This document shows positions 57,441-64,000 of a stretch of 64,000 nt of DNA, piece after piece. Made by a program: the position numbers and the translations under genes. The notes under the pieces are model-generated. The model ran no database searches, was not told the DNA's origin, and saw only the letters and a program-made list of their open reading frames with translations. The stretch comes from an uncultured SAR86 cluster bacterium (GTDB lineage: Bacteria; Pseudomonadota; Gammaproteobacteria; Magnimaribacterales; AG-339-G14), in the NCBI GenBank assembly GCA_902562135.1, contig CACESE010000001.1:30181-94180 (forward strand). The letters run 5' to 3'. Every line of letters starts with the position of its first letter. Within the stretch, counting starts at the first letter, position 1.

Positions 57441-58694
57441 TTAATAAATTTTAGAAACTTTCTTAATCTCTTTACGAGTAACTTTTTCAGCTCTCTTTAA
57501 ACCTAAATCATTCCAAACCTTATCAAGAGATTCGACAAAGCTCTTAACATCGACAGACGAGTGCTTGGGAGTAATGGTCACTCTGAACCTTTCATCGCCT
57601 TTTGGAACAGTTGGGTAAAATATTGGCTGAATATAAATTCCGTGTTCATTTATCAGAGTGTTAGCTGCTTTTTTACAAAGCTCCGGCTCATAAAGATGGA
57701 TGGGGATTATGTGACTGTCGTTCTTTAAAAAAGGTATGTTGTAATCCGTTAAACCTTCTCTGATTAAATCTGAATTAACTTTTATATTTTCTCTTAAAAT
57801 GTCAGCTCTTTTTGCAATTTGAATAGCTTGTATAGATGCCGCCGCAATACTTGGGTTTGCTGAAGAAGTAAATATAAAACCTGGAGCAAAACTTCTTATA
57901 AAATCAATAACGTCCTTGTTTGCTGCAACGTAACCACCCATTTGCCCAAAAGCTTTTGAAAGGGTTCCATTAATGATATCAATCTCATCAGAAACATTTA
58001 ATTCTGCCGCAATTCCTCTTCCTTCTGGGCCATATAAACCAACTGAATGGACCTCATCCAAATATGTTAAAGCGTTATATTTTTTTGCAAGCTGAACAAT
58101 TTTCTTTATAGGTGAACGAAGACCTTCCATCGAATAGAGGGATTCGAAAACTATTAACTTTGGCGTATTTGCATTGGATGTTTTGAGCAGTTCTTCAAGG
58201 TGTTCAACATCATTGTGCTTGAAGACATGAGTTTTTACATTCGCATTTTTTATTCCTTGAATCATGGAAGCATGATTAAGTTCGTCAGAATAAACTTCGC
58301 AACCTTCAAGCTTCTTACATAATGTCCATAGAGTTGATTGGTTTGCCGTGTAAGCAGAGGGAAATAATAAGCTGGCTTCTTTATTGTGCAATTCAGCAAG
58401 ATCATTCTCAAGATCGGCATGATAAGAGGATGTACCTGAAATATTTCTGGTTCCTCCAGATCCCGTTCCTAATTCCTTGATTACCTTTATTGATTCTAAG
58501 ATCACAACAGGATGTTGACTTAGATTCAAATAGTCATTGCTGCACCAAACTTCAACAGCCCTCTCTTTGCCTTCAAAACGTTCGGTGGCTTTAGGGAAGT
58601 TAACATGGTTCCTATTGATCTCTCTAAATTTTCTATAAAGACCTTGGGATTTAAGTGAGGTTAATTCGTCAGCAAAGTATTTTTTATAATTCAT
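57441..58694 (-). CDS. hemA: 5-aminolevulinate synthase (C4/Shemin pathway; alpha-oxoamine synthase family)
   Basis: 417 aa. ALAS-specific blocks [52 protein letters not shown] and [10 protein letters not shown] (PLP lysine K247, codon 57956-57954). Collinear with my recollection of Rhodobacter and animal ALAS, and distinct from the BioF/KBL patterns. Confidence 0.9.
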   Translation of the reverse strand: MNYKKYFADELTSLKSQGLYRKFREINRNHVNFPKATERFEGKERAVEVWCSNDYLNLSQHPVVILESIKVIKELGTGSGGTRNISGTSSYHADLENDLAELHNKEASLLFPSAYTANQSTLWTLCKKLEGCEVYSDELNHASMIQGIKNANVKTHVFKHNDVEHLEELLKTSNANTPKLIVFESLYSMEGLRSPIKKIVQLAKKYNALTYLDEVHSVGLYGPEGRGIAAELNVSDEIDIINGTLSKAFGQMGGYVAANKDVIDFIRSFAPGFIFTSSANPSIAAASIQAIQIAKRADILRENIKVNSDLIREGLTDYNIPFLKNDSHIIPIHLYEPELCKKAANTLINEHGIYIQPIFYPTVPKGDERFRVTITPKHSSVDVKSFVESLDKVWNDLGLKRAEKVTRKEIKKVSKIY

Positions 58695-58791
58695 TAATAA
58701 TAGAGTTACTTACAAAATGAAGTATAAATGAAAGTACTATTTAATAGATATAAATTTTATAATTACATTCTCTATATATTTTAAAGTTATA

Positions 58792-60285
58792 TTGAAAACA
58801 TTAAGAATCATTTCAAGAAAAAGTCTGTTGGCGCAAGTTCAGGCACAAATTGTGGCTGATAAGATTAAAAACAAATTTGAAGACATTCAGATAGAGTTTG
58901 TTACAAAAGAAACATCTGGAGATATTGATTTAACTACACCTTTACATCAAATGCCCGATGCAGGTGTTTTTACAAATGACATAAGACAAGAACTTTTAAG
59001 TAATAATGCAGATTTGGCAGTTCATTCTTGGAAAGACTTGCCCGTAGAACTCTTGGAAGGAACAGAAATTATAACCACCTTAAAAAGAGCTGATTCACGA
59101 GACCTTCTTATTTTTAAAAAAAAATCTTTGGGAAAGCAAACTATAAAACTTTTAACTTCTTCTCCTAGGAGAAAAGAAAACTTATCTAATTTTTTACCCA
59201 ACGCACTTCCTTGGATTCCTTCAGATATAAAATTTGTCGATGTTAGGGGGAATATTCAAACGAGGCTTTCAAAACTTTTTGAGTCTGAAAAAGATGGTTT
59301 AGTCATCGCATTTGCTGCAATGAAAAGACTTTTGGCCTCTTCTAAATTTTTTAAAGAAGAATCTAATCTTTTAGAGCTATTAAAAGAATCAAAATGGATG
59401 TTACTACCTTTATCAGAAAATCCAGCAGCACCAGCTCAAGGCGCGCTAGCATTAGAAATATCGTCAAAAAATCATGACTTAAAAAATCTTTTAAAGAATA
59501 TAGGAGATGAAGAAACTTTTAATTTAGTAATTAAAGAAAGGGAAATTTTAAAAAAATACGGTGGTGGCTGCCACCAAAAAATTGGAGTGAGCATAATAAA
59601 CTCAACGAAAGGCCAAATTTTACATATAAAAGGCGAAACAGAAGAAGGTGAGAAAATTTCTAAATCATCATTTGAACCACTAGAATCATATAAAAATAAA
59701 CTGAAAGAAGTTAAAAATTATTTCCCTTCTAGTAAAGAGTCGTCACAAATTTTTAATAGAGTGTCTATTTCAAAAGCAGAACAAAAAGTTTCTGGAATTA
59801 AAAATTCTGGAATTTATGTTAGTAGAGGAAATGTTATTGAGAATATTAATTCAATTTCTAATACAAATTTGGTATGGACTAGTGGAGTTGAGACTTGGTT
59901 AAAACTAGCATCAAAGGGAATTTGGGTTAATGGAACTTCTGATAGTTTGGGAGAAAACGAAAGTCCGCCTTTAGGGCTTTATAAAGACACTAAGTGGTAT
60001 AAATTATCGCATTTAGATGCTCATGAAGAAAAACTGGAATTGATATCTACTTATAAATTAGTGTCAAATGAATTGCCGAAAGATATTGAAAAAAATAGCC
60101 ATTATTATTGGATGAGCTCAAGTTCTTTCAAATTTATTTTTGAAAAATTTCCTTCAATAGAAAACGCTAATCATTCCTGTGGGTTGGGTAAAACGTTTGA
60201 TGAGATCAACCAAATTATTCCAGGAAAAGTTTATCCTTATCAGAATTATAAAGATTGGCTAGATAAAATTAAAAGAGCAAAGTAA
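58792..60285 (+). CDS. hemC: Porphobilinogen deaminase (HemC) with a ~190-aa C-terminal extension; the extension is a candidate minimal uroporphyrinogen-III synthase (HemD-like) module
   Basis: 497 aa with a TTG start. HemC residues are present: RIISRKSLLA (Arg9), HSWKDLP, SSPRR, RGNIQTRL, and the cofactor Cys in GGGCHQKIG (C260). Residues ~300-497 have no HemC counterpart. They carry HEM4-like strings: IYVSRGN, LVWTSGVETWLKL, YYWMSSSSFKFIFEKF and CGLGKTFDEI. Confidence 0.85.
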   Translation: MKTLRIISRKSLLAQVQAQIVADKIKNKFEDIQIEFVTKETSGDIDLTTPLHQMPDAGVFTNDIRQELLSNNADLAVHSWKDLPVELLEGTEIITTLKRADSRDLLIFKKKSLGKQTIKLLTSSPRRKENLSNFLPNALPWIPSDIKFVDVRGNIQTRLSKLFESEKDGLVIAFAAMKRLLASSKFFKEESNLLELLKESKWMLLPLSENPAAPAQGALALEISSKNHDLKNLLKNIGDEETFNLVIKEREILKKYGGGCHQKIGVSIINSTKGQILHIKGETEEGEKISKSSFEPLESYKNKLKEVKNYFPSSKESSQIFNRVSISKAEQKVSGIKNSGIYVSRGNVIENINSISNTNLVWTSGVETWLKLASKGIWVNGTSDSLGENESPPLGLYKDTKWYKLSHLDAHEEKLELISTYKLVSNELPKDIEKNSHYYWMSSSSFKFIFEKFPSIENANHSCGLGKTFDEINQIIPGKVYPYQNYKDWLDKIKRAK

Positions 60286-60306
60286 CATTGCGTTCCAATT
60301 TAAGTT

Positions 60307-61302
60307 ATGAAGAGTTTATTAAGAAAATTTCCCAGTACTAGACTGAGAAGAAATAGGTCAAAAAATAGCTTGAGATCGATTTTGGCCGAATCAAAAATCA
60401 CCGTTGATGATTTGATTCAGCCTATTTTTATCAAAGAAAATTTATCTGGCTATGAGCCAATCCAATCTATGCCAGGTATCAACAGATTAGGAGCAAATGT
60501 TTTAGAAGCAGAATTAAGAAATATTATCGATACTGGTATTAAAGCAGTTGCTTTATTTCCAGTGATCGAAGAGGAAAAAAAGGATTCAGCAGGAACAGAA
60601 GCACTTAATCAAGATAATTTTTTAAATGTTGAAATATCAAAAATTAAAGACCTATTTCCTGAATTAATAATCATTGCTGACGTCGCTTTAGACCCCTATA
60701 CAGATCATGGCCACGATGGAGTTTTAAATAAAGTTGGAGATGTTGATAATGATCTAAGTCTTGATGTTCTAAAGAATCAGGCTTTATCTCTTGCGAAAGC
60801 AGGAGCCGATGTAATTGCTCCCTCAGATATGATGGATGGACGAATTAAAGTTATCAGAGATGCTTTAGAGAAAAATAACTTCAAAGACACGGTAATTCTT
60901 TCTTATGCAGCAAAATATAGTTCAAAATTTTATGGACCATTTAAAGACGCAGTAGAATCTGCAAAATTCTTTGGAAATAAAAATAAAGACACTTATCAAA
61001 TGTCCCCTGCAAATAAAAATGAAGCTCTACAAGAAGTTGCTATGGATATAAATGAAGGCGCAGATATAGTAATGGTCAAACCAGGCATGCCATACCTCGA
61101 TATTGTTTCTTCGGTGAAAGAAACCTTTAAAGTTCCTACTTTTGTTTATCAGGTCAGTGGGGAATATTCTATGCTTAAAGGAGCTATTGACAACGGTTGG
61201 CTTTCAGAAGAAGTGATGAAAGAATCTATTTTATCTTTTAAAAGAGCTGGAGCTGATTGTATTTTGACCTATGCTGCACTAGAAGTAGCGAAAGAATTAT
61301 AA
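60307..61302 (+). CDS. hemB: Porphobilinogen synthase (ALA dehydratase), Asp-rich Zn-independent type
   Basis: 331 aa. Metal-site segment DVALDPYTDHGHDG (60679-60720) has Asp where Zn enzymes have Cys. Schiff-base lysine regions (YAAKYSS, MVKPGMPYLD) are present. Confidence 0.94.
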   Translation: MKSLLRKFPSTRLRRNRSKNSLRSILAESKITVDDLIQPIFIKENLSGYEPIQSMPGINRLGANVLEAELRNIIDTGIKAVALFPVIEEEKKDSAGTEALNQDNFLNVEISKIKDLFPELIIIADVALDPYTDHGHDGVLNKVGDVDNDLSLDVLKNQALSLAKAGADVIAPSDMMDGRIKVIRDALEKNNFKDTVILSYAAKYSSKFYGPFKDAVESAKFFGNKNKDTYQMSPANKNEALQEVAMDINEGADIVMVKPGMPYLDIVSSVKETFKVPTFVYQVSGEYSMLKGAIDNGWLSEEVMKESILSFKRAGADCILTYAALEVAKEL

Positions 61303-61305
61303 AAA

Positions 61306-62328
61306 ATGCCCAATCAAAAGTTTCTCAATGCGCTAGCAAACGTTCCTCAATCTACCCCTCCGATTTGGTTTATGAGGCAAGCTGGAAGATACCACAGTCA
61401 TTATCAAAATTTAAAAACCAAAAATTCTTTTGAGGAACTTTGTAAATCACCAACTTTGGCTGCAGAAACAGCTATGGGACCCATAAATTCTTTTGATTTT
61501 GATGTTGCTATCCTCTTTAGTGATATTTTGTTTCCTTTAGAAAGTTTAGGAATGGATTTAACATATTCTCCTGGGCCGAAATTTGGAAAATTATTGACCG
61601 AGGTAAATTTTAAAGAAGTATTTAAAAATAATTTTGATATTAACTCTTTGTCTTTCCAGGGAGAAGCAATAGAAAGAACTCTTGAAGTTTTACCAAAGGA
61701 TAAATCATTTATCGGGTTTGTCGGTGGCCCTTTTACTTTACTTGTTTACTCGATGGGACTTAATAAAAGTGAGAAAACTTTAAATTTAACAGATTTCCAA
61801 ATTGAAATTCTTAAGGATTTTCTTTTTCCGGTAATTTCTGAAAATATAACCATGCAACTTGAAGCTGGAGCAGAAATTGTGATGATTTTCGATTCTTCTG
61901 CTCATTTTTTACAACAAAAAAGCTTTTTAAAATACTTAGACATGATGCATGAGCAAATTTTTTCAAAATTTGAAAAAAGGATTGGATATTATGCTAGAGA
62001 AGGGATTGATTACGATTCGATAATTTCAGTTAACAAATTAAAACAGACATCTCTCGCTGGGCTAGGTATCGACTCAAATGAATCTTTGTCTAAATATTTT
62101 AAGCTATCAAGAGATTATTTTATTCAGGGAAATTTTGACGAAAAATTAATGCTTTTATCAAATACTTCTATGAAATTAGAATTAGAAAAATTTATCAAGT
62201 CTATAGAGAATTTTAGTGAAAAAGAGAGAGCAGGGTGGATCTGTGGTTTAGGCCATGGAATTTTAAAAGAAACTCCAGAAGAAAATGTGCAAACTTTTGT
62301 AAGAATGATAAGGGAGTCTTTTAAATGA
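61306..62328 (+). CDS. hemE: Uroporphyrinogen decarboxylase
   Basis: 340 aa. N-terminal signature PPIWFMRQAGRY, and GFVGGPFTL. Confidence 0.92.
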   Translation: MPNQKFLNALANVPQSTPPIWFMRQAGRYHSHYQNLKTKNSFEELCKSPTLAAETAMGPINSFDFDVAILFSDILFPLESLGMDLTYSPGPKFGKLLTEVNFKEVFKNNFDINSLSFQGEAIERTLEVLPKDKSFIGFVGGPFTLLVYSMGLNKSEKTLNLTDFQIEILKDFLFPVISENITMQLEAGAEIVMIFDSSAHFLQQKSFLKYLDMMHEQIFSKFEKRIGYYAREGIDYDSIISVNKLKQTSLAGLGIDSNESLSKYFKLSRDYFIQGNFDEKLMLLSNTSMKLELEKFIKSIENFSEKERAGWICGLGHGILKETPEENVQTFVRMIRESFK

Positions 62329-63332
62329 GTTTTCTCGGCGAAAAAAATTTTTCTCACAAAGATCAAGAAAATATAGGGATACTTATATGTAATTTAGGTA
62401 CCCCAGACAGTTATTCTGTCAAAGACGTCAGGGCTTTTTTAAGAGAGTTTTTATCGGATAGTAGAGTAATAGAAATACCTAAAATTGTTTGGTGGTTTAT
62501 TCTAAATTTATTTATTTTAACCTTCAGGCCTTTTAGCTCATCTAAGTTGTACAAATCTGTTTGGACTGATGAAGGGTCTCCTCTAATGGTTTATTCAAAA
62601 AAATTAATTGATAGATTAGATGAAAAGCTTCCCGAAAAATACGAAGTTGCACTGGGTATGAGGTATGGTAACCCAAGCATTAAAACTGCATTAAAAAAAC
62701 TCAAAGATAGAAACTGTAGAAAAATCTTAGTTTTACCATTATTCCCTCAGTACTCTGCTACAACTTCCGGAAGTATTTTTGACAAAGTCTCAGAAGAGAT
62801 TAGAAATTGGAGATGGGTGCCTAGTTTAATTTTTATCAATTCTTATCATGATGATGAAAATTTTATTTCCGCTATATCAAACTCGTTAAGACCAAAACTC
62901 GAGTCTGAAAAACCTGACAAGGTAGTTTTTACTTATCATGGAATACCTAAAAATTATTTTGACCAGGGCGATCCCTATCACTGCCTTTGCCAAAAAACAA
63001 CAAGATTAGTTTGTGAGAATTTAAAACTTGAAGAAAAAAAAAGTATCACAACATTTCAATCAAGATTGGGAAATGCTGAATGGTTAAAACCATATACCAG
63101 CGAGGTTATGAAAAGTTTACCTAAAGAAGGCTGTAAAAATATTATGGTTATCGCTCCAGGTTTTAGTGTCGATTGCCTAGAAACAATAGAAGAAATAGAT
63201 GAAGAAAATAAGGAATATTTTTTAAATTCTGGAGGAGCAAAATTCACTTATGTTGAGTGTTTAAACGACACTGATCATCACGTAAATTTTTTAAAGGAAT
63301 TTATAGAAAAGAAAATTTCTGTATGGAAATAA
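62325..63332 (+). CDS. hemH: Ferrochelatase
   Basis: 335 aa. ILICNLGTPDS, LPLFPQYSATT, FTYHGIP and DCLETIEEI motifs. ATGA overlap with hemE. Confidence 0.93.
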   Translation: MSFLGEKNFSHKDQENIGILICNLGTPDSYSVKDVRAFLREFLSDSRVIEIPKIVWWFILNLFILTFRPFSSSKLYKSVWTDEGSPLMVYSKKLIDRLDEKLPEKYEVALGMRYGNPSIKTALKKLKDRNCRKILVLPLFPQYSATTSGSIFDKVSEEIRNWRWVPSLIFINSYHDDENFISAISNSLRPKLESEKPDKVVFTYHGIPKNYFDQGDPYHCLCQKTTRLVCENLKLEEKKSITTFQSRLGNAEWLKPYTSEVMKSLPKEGCKNIMVIAPGFSVDCLETIEEIDEENKEYFLNSGGAKFTYVECLNDTDHHVNFLKEFIEKKISVWK

Positions 63333-64000
63333 AAGACTTAGAAGATAAGAAAAAAAAGGCTAGTGAATGGTTTCGTACTCTTCGTGATAAATTTTGTAAA
63401 ACTTTTGAAAGTCTGGATTCAAAAAAATTTTCTAGAAAGCTTTGGGAGCATAAAGGAGAAGGTGGTGGCGAGATAAGCATCATGAGAGGAGATGTTTTTG
63501 AAAAAGTTGGAGTTAATATCTCAACAGTCTCCGGAGAATTTTCTGAAGATTATCGAACTCAAGTAAAAGGGACCGAAGGTTCGCCAAATTATTGGGCCTC
63601 AGGGATTAGTTTAGTAGCACATATGCAATCTCCAAAAATTCCTGCTTTTCATTTCAATACTCGTTTTCTTGTAACACAAGATTCTTGGTTTGGCGGAGGT
63701 ACTGATATGACTCCTACACTTGAAGATAGAAAGGATAAAAGATATTTTCATGACAGATTAGAGGCTGCATGTAATAAGCACGATGCAAACTATTACAAAG
63801 AATTTAAAAAAAATTGTGATGAATATTTTTATTTGCCGCATCGAGAGGAACCAAGAGGAGTGGGAGGAATTTTTTTTGATCACTTAAACTCTGGAAAATG
63901 GGAAGAAGATTTTAATTTTGTAAAGGAAGTGGGTTTAGAAACTCTAAATATAATTACAGAAATTGTGACTGCTAAAAAAGATCTTTCTTGGACAAGAGAA
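63323..64000 (+). CDS. hemF: Oxygen-dependent coproporphyrinogen-III oxidase; the C-terminus is cut off by the right window edge, 226 codons present
   Basis: Not in the ORF track because it is open at the window end. My translation from the ATG at 63323 reads MEIKDLEDKKKKASEWFRTLRDKFCKTFESLD...GGGEISIMRGDVFEKVGVNISTVSGEF...SGISLVAHMQSPKIPAFHFNTRF...WFGGGTDMTP...REEPRGVGGIFFD, which are HemF hallmarks. It overlaps hemH by 10 nt. Confidence 0.9.
   Translation, partial: MEIKDLEDKKKKASEWFRTLRDKFCKTFESLDSKKFSRKLWEHKGEGGGEISIMRGDVFEKVGVNISTVSGEFSEDYRTQVKGTEGSPNYWASGISLVAHMQSPKIPAFHFNTRFLVTQDSWFGGGTDMTPTLEDRKDKRYFHDRLEAACNKHDANYYKEFKKNCDEYFYLPHREEPRGVGGIFFDHLNSGKWEEDFNFVKEVGLETLNIITEIVTAKKDLSWTRE

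Overview
This is a very AT-rich, tightly packed bacterial chromosome segment. By my tally only about 1.5 kb of the 64 kb is intergenic, and at least 15 gene junctions are ATGA, TAATG or 4-nt overlaps. I call about 65 protein genes, one tRNA and a few regulatory sites. Almost all are core housekeeping genes. Their order is gammaproteobacterial and resembles Pseudomonas and E. coli: hisBHAF, gmk-rpoZ-spoT-ridA-recG, rpsU/tsaD-folB-folK, cca-apaH-rsmA-pdxA-surA-lptD/amgK-murU, rpe-trpEGDC, fis-purH-purD, rsmE-gshB-tonB-like-ruvX, and dnaG-rpoD-tRNA-Ile2. I infer a genome-streamlined marine gammaproteobacterium, possibly SAR86-like, but I cannot confirm this without a database search. I found no CRISPR array, transposase, integrase, prophage, toxin-antitoxin pair or recognisable defence system, and no large repeats. 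The most unusual content is metabolic. (1) At 57.4-64.0 kb a near-complete heme pathway sits in one locus. It is headed by an alphaproteobacterial/mitochondrial-type 5-aminolevulinate synthase (the C4 Shemin route, not the C5 route expected in Gammaproteobacteria). It includes a HemC with a ~190-aa C-terminal extension that I propose is a minimal HemD module. A TonB-dependent receptor with two tandem Fur boxes lies next to it. (2) A eukaryote/rhizobial-type glutamine synthetase II sits where glnA normally lies upstream of ntrB-ntrC. (3) A cytoplasmic copper/TPQ amine oxidase is coupled to a membrane-anchored rhodanese. (4) A membrane pyrophosphatase carries both residue signatures I associate with Na+-pumping enzymes. 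(5) A degenerate copy of the tRNA-Ile2 3' half lies ~420 bp downstream of the tRNA and brackets a single lipoprotein gene. All functional calls come from reading motifs in the translations. No similarity searches were run.
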